NCBI GenBank assembly: GCA_018649885.1 | Contig: JABIHA010000076.1 | Location: forward strand, 1 to 64,000 | Source: Bacteriovoracaceae bacterium | GTDB taxonomy: Bacteria; Bdellovibrionota; Bacteriovoracia; Bacteriovoracales; Bacteriovoracaceae | Length of the DNA: 64,000 nucleotides | Direction of reading: 5' to 3' | Shown: piece by piece, positions 8,726 through 19,963 of the stretch | Numbering within the stretch: the first letter of the stretch is position 1 | Layout: each line of letters begins with the position of its first letter | Notes under the pieces: generated by a model | What the model was told of the DNA's origin: nothing | Databases searched by the model: none | The model's input: the letters and a program-made list of their open reading frames with translations, nothing else | Translations under genes and position numbers: made by a program

Positions 8726-10938
8726 GTTTCGTCAGAGCAAAATGACTGTAAGTAGTCTACTGAAGTATCAAGATATTTAATTTTCATGGAAATGCTACCT
8801 TGCTTAAGGCCAGCAATGAAGATTTTTTCTGTTAACTCTGTAGGTTCATCACCAAAAGTTCCGTCCTTATCAAGATAAAGCTTTTCAAGGTTCAAGAATC
8901 CATTTGAAGCGCTACCTTCGATATTAACAGATTCGATTCCCTTGCTTGCGTTGATCTGAACTAAACATTTTCTAGTAAGGTCTGTGAATTTAAAGACTCG
9001 AAGCATTTCTTCGATATAGTCTCTACTTGGAAGCTCAACTTTTTTCTTGTTCCAAGTTCCAAGAAAAATTTCATTTCCTAGATGATTAAACTCAATATAT
9101 TTTCTAGAACCGATTGGAGTATCTAGCTCCATAATTTCAATTCTATTTCTTCCTCTATTAATTATTTCAGAATCAGAGTTGAAGAATTTGATTTCGGACT
9201 CACTGACTTTAAGAGGAATCGTTTTCTTGCCCATTAGATTCGATTCAAAAACTTCCACAATTTGGCTATCTTCGGCAATATATCCATTTATCTCGTAAAG
9301 GGTTTCACCTTCTTTGATATTGATAATTTTCCTGGCGAAACGATCACCTTTATATCTATAACTCAGTAAGCTATTTCCTGGAGCAATTCCAGTAATTAAA
9401 ACGAAGCTGTAATCTCTCGATTCACTAACTTCTTTAAAATTGTCATCAAGATAAATTTTCGCCTCATATTTTGAGTGATTTTCAACTTCAACTTCTTCCG
9501 TATCTTTATCGAGATCGATCAACAGATTTCCACCAATCCCACTTAACCCTTTGATCTCAAAGAATTCATTAAGTGAATTGGTATCAATTAAAGGGATGAT
9601 TATTTCATCATCTGATTTACCAAAAAATAGATCTATATTAGTAGGAACTCTACCTTTTTTAAGTATAGAAACTGGCATAACGGCCACGTCATTATTAAGA
9701 TTTGAAGTAAATGCAATATTCCCTTCACCATAGTCTGTTAGAAAGTCATCTGACGAATGATGGGGCCTTAGATCAAAGTTCTTAAGATAATCCCCAAAAC
9801 CAATACCCAGCTTGGCTGAAATCACCTTTATATTTAATGTGGAGTTAATACCATTTCGAACTAGGCCACTACTTGTTGAAGTAACATCATCAATAACTGA
9901 TTGCCTAGGTATGGCTTGGGTATTCACAACTTGACTAGCCAATTTCTTCTTGGCTTTTTTCTTTGAACCCTTAGCCTTGGAAAACTTGAATCCAGCAAAA
10001 CGATTAGTCTCTCTAGCAATAGCCTTACTTACACTATTTGAAATCTTTTTTGAGTATCCATTTGAATAGTCAGCCTTTCTGGCGGGAACTTTTTTACCCC
10101 CAACAATATCTATCTCTAATATTGGTGCTTTCTTTTGGATTGTCTCATCCCCATTTAACTCGTCAATAACCTGGTTATTCAAACTGATGAGATCGATTTC
10201 CTTATGCGGAGTAGGTGGGTTTTTATTGGCCTTAGGTTTTTCAATTTCAAGAAGTTTTAAATCAAGGGGGGTATTCAGTGGCTCGCTCTCTACGGAACTT
10301 AAGGCTTCACTTTCTATTACCCTGGGTGACAAGTTAGCCATTCCAGCAGCGGGTATCTTCATATTGACTAAGTTTGCGGCTACTAGGGCTGCATCTTTTA
10401 TTTCGTACTTCAGCCTGGCATTCTCTCTTATATCTTCATTTTTATTTTCATGGGCCAGATATCCCTGGATATCCATTCCCTGATATTTGAAGCTCTCGAG
10501 ATGTGCCATCCAACTTTCAACCTTTAACTCATGATCAATTTTGATGGCGCCTAAATGAACCAGCTCACTATTATCAATTGAATAGTCAGTGTTACTGTCA
10601 GCAAGAATAATTTTCTGAACCTGAACTCTAGATACTAAGGCCTTGGTAATTTTTGGCTTAGAAGTTGAAACCAAAACTCGAAGAGCAGTAGTCCTCTCTA
10701 TTTTATTAAAAACAACTTCAAGGTCTTCAGAAATTTCATTGCGATTACCTAAATGAACAGCTGATGTGAAACTTTTTGCCGAATTTATGTGAGCAGTAAC
10801 AATTGAAAAGTCTAAATTTGTAAATGTAGCAAAGCTTAAATAGATATTTGCAACTACCACCAAAGGTGCTGAAACAAGCACTGAGAGGAGGGTTTGAATG
10901 GGAAAGTTTAAGTTCTTAAGTCGCATAAATCTTTTCAA
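8704..10938 (-). CDS. large hypothetical membrane-anchored/exported protein
   Basis: 744-aa ORF with hydrophobic N-terminus, low-complexity middle and beta-rich C-terminal half. Start may be the ATG at 10926. Confidence 0.75.
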   Translation of the reverse strand: MKRFMRLKNLNFPIQTLLSVLVSAPLVVVANIYLSFATFTNLDFSIVTAHINSAKSFTSAVHLGNRNEISEDLEVVFNKIERTTALRVLVSTSKPKITKALVSRVQVQKIILADSNTDYSIDNSELVHLGAIKIDHELKVESWMAHLESFKYQGMDIQGYLAHENKNEDIRENARLKYEIKDAALVAANLVNMKIPAAGMANLSPRVIESEALSSVESEPLNTPLDLKLLEIEKPKANKNPPTPHKEIDLISLNNQVIDELNGDETIQKKAPILEIDIVGGKKVPARKADYSNGYSKKISNSVSKAIARETNRFAGFKFSKAKGSKKKAKKKLASQVVNTQAIPRQSVIDDVTSTSSGLVRNGINSTLNIKVISAKLGIGFGDYLKNFDLRPHHSSDDFLTDYGEGNIAFTSNLNNDVAVMPVSILKKGRVPTNIDLFFGKSDDEIIIPLIDTNSLNEFFEIKGLSGIGGNLLIDLDKDTEEVEVENHSKYEAKIYLDDNFKEVSESRDYSFVLITGIAPGNSLLSYRYKGDRFARKIINIKEGETLYEINGYIAEDSQIVEVFESNLMGKKTIPLKVSESEIKFFNSDSEIINRGRNRIEIMELDTPIGSRKYIEFNHLGNEIFLGTWNKKKVELPSRDYIEEMLRVFKFTDLTRKCLVQINASKGIESVNIEGSASNGFLNLEKLYLDKDGTFGDEPTELTEKIFIAGLKQGSISMKIKYLDTSVDYLQSFCSDETYLIEQL

Positions 10939-11120
10939 AAGGTTAACCTACCTACTATTTTAATTAATAAATGCTTATCTACCAAGCGGAAAAAAAGATT
11001 TGTCTGTCAAAAGATGTGGACCATTGTTTGAAAATTGTTAACTTGTTTAAAACAACGTCAACTTTTGTTGAAAACCTTAAATTAATTGGTGAAAACTTTG
11101 ATTAATCAAATGAGTAGTTA

Positions 11121-11152
11121 CAAAAAAACCCTCATTTTCAGAGGGCTTTTTG
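11121..11152 (-). terminator. intrinsic terminator of the atp F1 operon
   Basis: Minus strand AAAAAGCCCTC-tgaaaat-GAGGGTTTTTTT, about 30 nt after the atpC stop. Confidence 0.85.
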
Positions 11153-11180
11153 ATTATTCAATAGGTGAGTATCTAAAAAT

Positions 11181-11591
11181 TTATTTTCCGAGAACCGAAA
11201 GTTTTAGTCTTACATAGGCACGGTCTCTTTTTCTACGATACTTAATCACTTCTTCCTCAGAGAGTGTCTCATCCCCAGAAAGTTTACCTTCAGCTTGATC
11301 AAGTGCTGCTTGGGCACGTTCACGATCAATTTCTTTAGAGTGTTCGCAGACATTTGCAAGTATTACAATCTTGTCTTTGAGCACCTTACAAATTCCGGTA
11401 GTGATTAAGTAGTTATCTTGAACGCCATTACTTACAAGGGTTAAAACCCCTGTATCTAACTTTGAAACAATATGAGTATGATCCTCTAAAATATTTATTT
11501 GCCCGCGAACAGTTGGAACAAGTAGTTCCGCTGCATTCAAATTTTGAGCAATAACTTTAGAGGGCGTTAATATATCAACAACAAAACTCAT
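11181..11591 (-). CDS. atpC: ATP synthase epsilon subunit
   Basis: VDILTPSK, GQINILEDH, IDRERAQAA; last gene of the F1 operon. Confidence 0.95.
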   Translation of the reverse strand: MSFVVDILTPSKVIAQNLNAAELLVPTVRGQINILEDHTHIVSKLDTGVLTLVSNGVQDNYLITTGICKVLKDKIVILANVCEHSKEIDRERAQAALDQAEGKLSGDETLSEEEVIKYRRKRDRAYVRLKLSVLGK

Positions 11592-11599
11592 AATTTCTC

Positions 11600-13012
<1,413 letters not shown>

Positions 13013-13023
13013 CTATATACTCC

Positions 13024-13896
13024 TTAACCATTCAAAGACTCAGCACCAGATACAACTTCAATTAATTCAGTTGTAATCGCTGCTTGTCTCAATTTATTTG
13101 CTTTTAGTGTTAATTTTTGAACCATTTCTTTACAATTTTGCGAGGCACTTTCCATTGAGCTCATTCTGGATCCATGCTCAGATGCTTGAGCATCTAAAAC
13201 GCAGGTATATAAAGTCGTGAGGTAAGCCTCAGGAATTATAGTATCCAAAATATCTTCAGAGGAAGGGTCGTATTTAAAATCAAAAGGGTAGTCTGCTTGT
13301 AGTTTTTCTTTTTCTTCTTCTGGAAGTGACATTGGAAGAGTTTGTGTAACCAGTGAATCAAAAGACATTGCCGACTTAAAATTATTATAGGCAACAAAAA
13401 CTTTGCCCACTTCACCCACAGCAAATTGCCGTGACAATGTATCAGCAACCTTTCTCATATCATCAATAGTTGGCTCAAGACCTGGAAATGTAAAAGTTTC
13501 TCCAGAATTTACTTCTTTCGAAATCATACCTTTTACTTTTTTCCCAATATAGACAAATTTCAAGTCTAGATCTTCATTCTCAGCTATAAATTTTTTAACG
13601 GCCTTCGCTAAGCTTGAGTTATAAGCACCACATAGACCTTTGTCTGAAGAAATAACAAGACAAATGGCTTGTTTATTCTCGGGTTTTTCAACAAGAAACT
13701 CATGACTGTAATCTTTAACAAGTGCAGAGATCGTCTTAATCGTCGTTCCCAACTCACTTGCATAAGGTCTAGTCGCTGTAATTGCTTGTTGCGCTCTTGC
13801 AAGTTTAGCGGCCGAAACTAATTTCATCGCCATTGTAATTTTCAGCGTGTTCTTAGTTGATTTAATTTTTACTTTTAAATCTTTAATATTGGCCAT
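13024..13896 (-). CDS. atpG: ATP synthase gamma subunit
   Basis: KITMAMKLVSAAK, SDKGLCGAYN, NKLRQAAITTELIE. Confidence 0.98.
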   Translation of the reverse strand: MANIKDLKVKIKSTKNTLKITMAMKLVSAAKLARAQQAITATRPYASELGTTIKTISALVKDYSHEFLVEKPENKQAICLVISSDKGLCGAYNSSLAKAVKKFIAENEDLDLKFVYIGKKVKGMISKEVNSGETFTFPGLEPTIDDMRKVADTLSRQFAVGEVGKVFVAYNNFKSAMSFDSLVTQTLPMSLPEEEKEKLQADYPFDFKYDPSSEDILDTIIPEAYLTTLYTCVLDAQASEHGSRMSSMESASQNCKEMVQKLTLKANKLRQAAITTELIEVVSGAESLNG

Positions 13897-13903
13897 GTCT
13901 CAC

Positions 13904-15418
13904 CTAATACTTATTTGTTTCAACGAAACTTTTAAGTGCTTCATTAAGTTTTGTAGCTGTGTCTTTGGTTACTTCTTTTTTCTCTCGGATATCAGAAACA
14001 ATGTCTGCATGACGCGAGCCCATATAGTCCAAAAGATCTTTCTCAGCATTTCCAACTTTATCAGTTGGAATTTTATCAAAGTAGCCATTTGTAGCTGCGT
14101 AGATTGCGAGAGTTTGATCAATAACATCTACAGGAACATATTGGCCTTGCTTAAGGAGCTCAACAAGTCTTTCACCTCTTGCAAGCTGTCTTTGAGTTGC
14201 TTCATCAAGGTCTGATCCGAACTGAGCAAAAGCTGCAAGTTCACGATATTGAGCAAGATCAAGTCGAAGCGTTCCCGCAACTTTTTTCATGGCCTTAATT
14301 TGAGCAGAACCACCAACCCTAGAAACTGAAAGACCAACATTCACAGCGGGTCTAACACCAGAGTTAAAAAGATCTGTTTCTAAATATATTTGCCCATCTG
14401 TAATTGAAATAACATTTGTAGGGATATAAGCCGAAACATCACCTTCTTGAGTTTCAATAACTGGAAGTGCTGTTAATGAGCCTGAACCTTCTGCTTCAGA
14501 CATTTTAGCAGCTCTTTCGAGTAGTCTTGAGTGAAGATAAAAAACATCACCTGGAAATGCTTCTCTTCCTGGAGGTCTTCTTAGAAGTAATGATAATTGT
14601 CTGTAAGCCTGAGCTTGTTTAGTCAAATCATCATACACAACCAAAGCATGCTTTCCACTATCTCTATAGTATTCGCCCATTGTACAACCTGTATAAGGAG
14701 CTAAAAATTGTAGAGGGGCTGCTTGAGATGCTGTAGCAGATACAATGATTGTGTAATCAAGAGCGCCAGCTTCTTTTAGCTTTTGATATAGCTGAGCAAT
14801 AGTAGATTGCTTTTGGCCAATGGCCACATAGATGCAAACAACATCTTTGCCTTTTTGATTAATAATTGTATCCACAGCAACCGCAGTTTTCCCGGTCTTT
14901 CTGTCTCCAATAATAAGCTCTCTTTGGCCTCTACCAATTGGAATCATGGCATCAATTGCTTTAATACCTGTTTGAAGTGGCTCGTGAACTGACTTTCTAG
15001 CAAGAATACCAGGAGCCTTGATTTCAACTTTCCGAGTTTCGTTAGTTGCAATCCCACCCTGACCATCAATTGCTTCGCCAATGGCGTTAACAACTCTACC
15101 AAGTAGAGCATCACCAACTGGAACTTCAACAATTTGCTCAGTTCTTTTACAGCTTGAACCCTCTGTAATTTTAGGATCGTCACCAAAAATTGCGACACCC
15201 ACATTATTTGTCTCAAGGTTCAGAACCATTCCCTTAGTACCAGTCTCAAATTCAACTAGTTCTCCGGCCATCACATTTTTTAAACCAAATACCCTGGCAA
15301 CACCATCACCGACAGTAATAACAGAACCAACTTCGTCTACTTTAAGGCGAGTTTCAAAATTCTCAATTCTGTCTTTAATAATCGACGTAATTTCCTCAGG
15401 TCTCATACTAGTACTCAT
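13904..15418 (-). CDS. atpA: ATP synthase alpha subunit
   Basis: [30 protein letters not shown]. Confidence 0.99.
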   Translation of the reverse strand: MSTSMRPEEITSIIKDRIENFETRLKVDEVGSVITVGDGVARVFGLKNVMAGELVEFETGTKGMVLNLETNNVGVAIFGDDPKITEGSSCKRTEQIVEVPVGDALLGRVVNAIGEAIDGQGGIATNETRKVEIKAPGILARKSVHEPLQTGIKAIDAMIPIGRGQRELIIGDRKTGKTAVAVDTIINQKGKDVVCIYVAIGQKQSTIAQLYQKLKEAGALDYTIIVSATASQAAPLQFLAPYTGCTMGEYYRDSGKHALVVYDDLTKQAQAYRQLSLLLRRPPGREAFPGDVFYLHSRLLERAAKMSEAEGSGSLTALPVIETQEGDVSAYIPTNVISITDGQIYLETDLFNSGVRPAVNVGLSVSRVGGSAQIKAMKKVAGTLRLDLAQYRELAAFAQFGSDLDEATQRQLARGERLVELLKQGQYVPVDVIDQTLAIYAATNGYFDKIPTDKVGNAEKDLLDYMGSRHADIVSDIREKKEVTKDTATKLNEALKSFVETNKY

Positions 15419-15423
15419 AGTAA

Positions 15424-15963
15424 TTATTCTCCAATGATAGAGTGCTTTAAACTTTCTAATTGATTATCTACTGAAGCATCAAGCTGTAAGTCTTCAACTG
15501 TTACTCTATATCCAGCTGTGACTCTTGGGCTTTTTTGATACTCTAGTTCCAATTTTTTACCGATTTTTTTTTCAAGATAGGTAAGAAGCTTCATTTTCGC
15601 TTCTTCATTGATTGAATCATCTGTCCCTTCAATATAACCCTTGAGAAAACCTCTTCTGTGATCATCAATCACAATTAACTCTTTATATATCAGGGGGAAA
15701 ATTCCAACTCTTTTTTCTTCGATCAGGAAAAAGACAAAGTTCTGTATCATTTTATCGAAGCTTAGCTTTCCGAAAATATCACTCAGGACAGCTTTTTTCT
15801 CATCTTGAGTGAATAAATCTAAAAACAAAACATTTTCTAAATTATTGCTCTCATTAATTATTTGATTAAACTCTGTAAGCTGTGTTGCAATATCAACAGA
15901 GACTTTATCTCCAAGCTCAATAAGTGATTTTGCATAAGCCTTAGCAATTATCTGCTCTTTCAT
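15424..15963 (-). CDS. atpH: ATP synthase delta subunit
   Basis: [10 protein letters not shown]-terminus, [16 protein letters not shown]-terminus; operon position. Confidence 0.93.
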   Translation of the reverse strand: MKEQIIAKAYAKSLIELGDKVSVDIATQLTEFNQIINESNNLENVLFLDLFTQDEKKAVLSDIFGKLSFDKMIQNFVFFLIEEKRVGIFPLIYKELIVIDDHRRGFLKGYIEGTDDSINEEAKMKLLTYLEKKIGKKLELEYQKSPRVTAGYRVTVEDLQLDASVDNQLESLKHSIIGE

Positions 15964-16511
15964 TATCTAACACCTTCAAGTAGCTTTTTGGTGACCAATG
16001 ATTTTGTTTGGTGGTCATCTCCAATAAGCATTTTTGTTTTCGATACCACGGCCTCTGCAGTTTTTTTATTGAGTTGATTTACAAGGCTATTTTTTTCAGC
16101 GAGAGATCTTTGAATTGAATCTTGCTTACTCTTTTCTATTCTACCATTTACTTCGCCCATATATTTATTTTCAAATTCGTTGGCCTGGGCATTGGAGTCA
16201 CTCATTATTTTTTCAGCTTCTTTTGATACATTTCTGAGTTTTTCTTCAAGCGCTTCATACTTTACTTGAGCTTCTTTTGATTTCACTTGAGCGCGATCAA
16301 AAGTTTCTGAAACAGACTTAGCTTTTTCAATAAAATGATTTCTTACTGGCGTCTTGAGCTTATAAACAAGAAAGGAAAAAAACAGTGCTGCATTAAAAGC
16401 AGGAAACATTAAACTAGACCAGGTTGAAGCCTCGTGCTCACCGCCTTGTCCACCTGCCAATACGAGAGAGGGGAGTAGGGCTGTTAGTAATACAAACCAA
16501 GTTTTATTCAT
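15963..16511 (-). CDS. atpF: ATP synthase subunit b
   Basis: Signal-like N-terminus, TM 'AFNAALFFSFLVY', long charged coiled coil; position before delta. Confidence 0.88.
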   Translation of the reverse strand: MNKTWFVLLTALLPSLVLAGGQGGEHEASTWSSLMFPAFNAALFFSFLVYKLKTPVRNHFIEKAKSVSETFDRAQVKSKEAQVKYEALEEKLRNVSKEAEKIMSDSNAQANEFENKYMGEVNGRIEKSKQDSIQRSLAEKNSLVNQLNKKTAEAVVSKTKMLIGDDHQTKSLVTKKLLEGVR

Positions 16512-16516
16512 CAAAT

Positions 16517-16960
16517 CTACCTTGTTAATTTACTCACTAAACCAGATGCAAGGTTGTCCACTTGTGACAACACATCTTTTTCTTTTTTCTGTAGTTCTAC
16601 TTGAAAAGTTTCAACTTCTCTTTCACCCAACTTTGTAGCTTCTTCTTCTGCTTCTTTAAATTTAGAGTCTTCTCTTTTTACAACTATATCTTTTTTCTGT
16701 AAGAGATTATCTTGGGCCTTGGAAAAAGCATCTTCAATTTTTTGATTATACTTATTAGAAAGCACAGTAACTTTTTCAAAAGTTCCCTCTGCACTCTTTT
16801 CAAGTGAAGTTGTTTTCTCTTCTCTAGTCATTAATACGGACTTTAATTTATCGAGGAATAAAAATTTCAAGACGATCCAAGTTCCGACTACAAAACCAAA
16901 CTGGACAAAAAAAGTTTCGTCCACATTGAGTGCTTTACATATTGAGTTAAAAAGTTCCAT
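16517..16960 (-). CDS. ATP synthase subunit b'
   Basis: TFFVQF..LKFLFLDK TM segment followed by coiled coil; first gene of the F1 operon. Confidence 0.85.
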   Translation of the reverse strand: MELFNSICKALNVDETFFVQFGFVVGTWIVLKFLFLDKLKSVLMTREEKTTSLEKSAEGTFEKVTVLSNKYNQKIEDAFSKAQDNLLQKKDIVVKREDSKFKEAEEEATKLGEREVETFQVELQKKEKDVLSQVDNLASGLVSKLTR

Positions 16961-17068
16961 CTAGGATTTCCGTGATTTGTTCTTTAATAGTTTTCTTTTA
17001 AGCATTCTTAAATAAAATTAGAAGGTTAATGTGTCAATGCAAGGTGGGCAAAAGGATGAAAATATAAG

Positions 17069-17091
17069 CTGTTCCGCAAGGCGGTGAACAG
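17069..17091 (-). terminator. possible terminator hairpin after parAB-bactofilin
   Basis: CTGTTCCGC-aag-GCGGtGAACAG bulged stem followed on the minus strand by CTTATATTTT. Confidence 0.4.
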
Positions 17092-17102
17092 TGTCGTTTT
17101 TT

Positions 17103-17116
17103 GGTCCTATAGGACC
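17103..17116. promoter_or_regulatory. perfect palindrome GGTCCTATAGGACC (same motif as the 21833-21958 array)
   Basis: 14-bp palindrome 4 nt past the bactofilin stop codon. Confidence 0.8.
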
Positions 17117-17120
17117 GCAG

Positions 17121-17459
17121 TTATGAAGATTTATCCCGCATTTTTGTAGTGCCGTGAAAAATAACGCCTTCCTCAACAATTAGAGAAGGGGAGATGATGG
17201 TCCCTTCAAATCTTGCGGGTTTTTTTATCTCTACACGTGAGCTGGCTTTGATATTGCCTTTAACTGAACCGGAAATGAGAATTACATTGGCATTGATGTC
17301 TGCGTTAATTACAGCACCCTCTGAAATTATCAATGTGTCGTTAGAAAAAATCGATCCATTGATAATGCCAGCAACTCTTGCAACACCATTGAAGGACAGG
17401 TTGCCTTCAAACTTACAACCCTTTTCAATTACTGCAGAAATTTCATTTGAATTACTCAC
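17121..17459 (-). CDS. bactofilin (polymer-forming cytoskeletal protein)
   Basis: Beta-helix repeats FEGNLSF..GIINGSI..ISGSVKGNI..LIVEEGVIFHG. Confidence 0.95.
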   Translation of the reverse strand: MSNSNEISAVIEKGCKFEGNLSFNGVARVAGIINGSIFSNDTLIISEGAVINADINANVILISGSVKGNIKASSRVEIKKPARFEGTIISPSLIVEEGVIFHGTTKMRDKSS

Positions 17460-17461
17460 GG

Positions 17462-18388
17462 CTACCTATTGGACATTAAATATTCGTAAATATCATTGAA
17501 TTCAGCTTCATCATTATACTTAATAGTGATGTGGCCCTTTCCATTTTTCTTAGAATTTAGATCAAAATGAAAACCTGTTTTTTTCTCAAGCTGACCTTTG
17601 AAACTATCAAGCCTTTCATCAAAAAATGGATTACTTTTTTCGCTTACTGGCTTTGCCCTTTTTTTGATTAATGCCTCAAGCTCTCTTACGGAGTAGCCCT
17701 CTGAAGCAGTCTCAGAAGCAAGTCTACTGGCCCTTTCAGGCTCTTTTACTGCTGCTAGTACCTTGCCATGTCCAAAGCTTAGTTCTTCTTTTTGTAAAAG
17801 CTCAACCACCGCTCTAGGAAGTTTTAAAATTCTTAGAAAGTTAGCAATTGTGGATCTTTCTTTACCTATTTTTTTAGCGACTTCTTCTTGAGTCAGCCTA
17901 AACTCTTCCATTAATTGGTAATAAGCCAGCGCTTCTTCAACACAATTAAGATCTGATCGTTGGACATTTTCAATAATCGCAAGAACAAGCTTTTCTTTGT
18001 CGGTCACATTCTTAAGTATGACTGGAACTTGCTCTAATCCGGCTCTCCTGGAAGCCCTAAGCCTTCTTTCGCCTGCAATCAGCTCAAAGCCTACGTCTAT
18101 TTTCTTAACAACTAGAGGTTGTATTATACCGTTCTCTTTTATGGATCTAGCTAGCTCGTCTAATTCTCTTTCTTTAAAAATTTTTCGAGGTTGCAGCTCG
18201 TTAACTTTAATATCACTCACGGCCACCATTAATGGCCCATGCTCTATAACGGGAGCTCTCTGAGGAACATTCACTGGAGGAAGTATTTTATCGATATCCA
18301 TCTTGCCTTTTAAAGATTCAGACGAAGTCGATTGAATAAGTGAAGCGATACCTTTTCCTAATCTACTCTTAGCTTGTTTTTGTGCCAT
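17462..18388 (-). CDS. parB: chromosome partition protein ParB/Spo0J
   Basis: QPRK, GIIQPL, AGERRLRA box II, ENVQRSDL, HTH TQEEVAKKIGKERSTIANFLR. Confidence 0.97.
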   Translation of the reverse strand: MAQKQAKSRLGKGIASLIQSTSSESLKGKMDIDKILPPVNVPQRAPVIEHGPLMVAVSDIKVNELQPRKIFKERELDELARSIKENGIIQPLVVKKIDVGFELIAGERRLRASRRAGLEQVPVILKNVTDKEKLVLAIIENVQRSDLNCVEEALAYYQLMEEFRLTQEEVAKKIGKERSTIANFLRILKLPRAVVELLQKEELSFGHGKVLAAVKEPERASRLASETASEGYSVRELEALIKKRAKPVSEKSNPFFDERLDSFKGQLEKKTGFHFDLNSKKNGKGHITIKYNDEAEFNDIYEYLMSNR

Positions 18389-18398
18389 GACTACTCAC

Positions 18399-19229
18399 CT
18401 ACAATTGGGGTTGATTTTGTGAATCTGCTGGGGGAGGGGGCGGCGCAGCCATTTGACTTCTCGCTCTCTCGTTTACCAAAATTTCTTTTGCCACTGAAAA
18501 GTAAGCCTCGCTACCTTTCGATTCAATATCATATAATATTATTGGCTTACCGAAGCTTGGGCTCTCGGAAAGCTTTACATTTCGAGGAATAACGGACTGA
18601 AATACTTTCTCTTGAAAGTGCTTTCTAATCTCTCCAGCCACTTGCTTGTGCAAGTTTGACCTGCCGTCATACATAGTCAAAAGAACACCCTCTAGCTCAA
18701 TTTCAGGATTCAACGAACTTTTTATGAGTCTTACGTTAGCAAGAAGTTGTGTGAGTCCTTCCATTGAAAAGTATTCTGTTTGCATTGGTATTAGGTAACT
18801 GTCAGCACTATTGAGCGCATTTACAGTAAGAAGCCCCATCGAAGGTGGGCAGTCTATTATAATATAATCATATTCTTCCCGAAGACCTGCAATGGCTGTT
18901 TTGAGTTTTGATTCTCTGGCCAGAGCTCCCACAAGTTCAATTTCTGCACCTGCAAGATTGTTATCGGAGGGACAAATTTTCAAATAGGGGAGTTCGGTAT
19001 CATAGACAACGTCCCGCAACTGTTTTTGGCCAATCAAAGCGTGGTAAATATTAGCATTCAGAAAATTTTCTTTCTCTAGCCCTATTCCTACGCTTGCATT
19101 TCCCTGGGGGTCCAAATCAATTAGAAGGGTTTTCTTCTCAGCAACCGCTAAGCAAGCTCCTAGATTTATTGAAGTCGTCGTTTTACCAACTCCGCCTTTT
19201 TGATTTGCAACTGCAATTACTTTTGCCAT
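18399..19229 (-). CDS. parA: chromosome partition ATPase ParA/Soj
   Basis: NQKGGVGKTT, DLDPQGNA, IDCPPS, IPRNVKLSESPSFG; SD GGAG precedes the ATG at 19229. Confidence 0.97.
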   Translation of the reverse strand: MAKVIAVANQKGGVGKTTTSINLGACLAVAEKKTLLIDLDPQGNASVGIGLEKENFLNANIYHALIGQKQLRDVVYDTELPYLKICPSDNNLAGAEIELVGALARESKLKTAIAGLREEYDYIIIDCPPSMGLLTVNALNSADSYLIPMQTEYFSMEGLTQLLANVRLIKSSLNPEIELEGVLLTMYDGRSNLHKQVAGEIRKHFQEKVFQSVIPRNVKLSESPSFGKPIILYDIESKGSEAYFSVAKEILVNERARSQMAAPPPPPADSQNQPQL

Positions 19230-19297
19230 GTACACTCCATATATTATTTGTGTCACTAATAAAGTTACAAGGGTGAATGTCTCTTATCAAGGGTTAT

Positions 19298-19963
19298 TTA
19301 TGTTCTACGTGGAACAAATTGAGATAATTTCTTCAGATTTTTACCAAATGTTCCACATGGAACATTTTTTGGCTTAAAAGCAAGTAATAGTCTTTTTTCT
19401 GTGCCTGGAATATCAACGCATGACTCTTCAATTAGCTTCCATTTACTTTCAATGATTGAAAGCCCTTCCTTTTCTTGTTCTAGGAAATTAGGACCCTTGA
19501 AAAAAAATACGGTTAAATCTTTGGTCGTGCTTATTTTGGGAAGAAAATCGCCAACTTTTCCGACTGCTTTTAACGTTACTATGGCGGGCATATCAAATTT
19601 CACTTCTTCTAGGCGTTGATGGTGTAAAAATACATTTTTTAAACCTAATTCCCCTGCAATCTGTGAGACTGTTTTAACTTTTTTATTTCTCGCTTCAAAA
19701 CCAATGAAATTTACTTCCGGATACAAATAGGCAAGAGGAAGTAATGGAAATCCCCCTCCGAATCCAACATCAACCACTGTATTTGTTCCACGTAGAACAT
19801 TTTGAAATAATTCGCTCTCAACCAGAGGTTTAACTGAATCTAAAATTTGTTTATTGAAAAATTCATCAGGATCTAAAATTCTTGTTAGATTAATCCCTGC
19901 ATATGGACCCGTCAGGAGATCAAGAAGTTTATCACCAAAATTTCTGAGTTCATTCAAGTCCAC
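19298..19963 (-). CDS. rsmG: 16S rRNA m7G527 methyltransferase
   Basis: INLT, QILDS, DVGFGGGFP SAM motif; canonical position between mnmG and parA. Confidence 0.9.
   Translation of the reverse strand: MDLNELRNFGDKLLDLLTGPYAGINLTRILDPDEFFNKQILDSVKPLVESELFQNVLRGTNTVVDVGFGGGFPLLPLAYLYPEVNFIGFEARNKKVKTVSQIAGELGLKNVFLHHQRLEEVKFDMPAIVTLKAVGKVGDFLPKISTTKDLTVFFFKGPNFLEQEKEGLSIIESKWKLIEESCVDIPGTEKRLLLAFKPKNVPCGTFGKNLKKLSQFVPRRT
19301..19316. promoter_or_regulatory. parS site
   Basis: TGTTCTACGTGGAACA, 1 mismatch to TGTTCCACGTGGAACA. Confidence 0.88.
19349..19364. promoter_or_regulatory. parS site
   Basis: TGTTCCACATGGAACA, 1 mismatch to consensus. Confidence 0.88.
19784..19799. promoter_or_regulatory. 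parS site
   Basis: TGTTCCACGTAGAACA, 1 mismatch to consensus. Confidence 0.85.
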
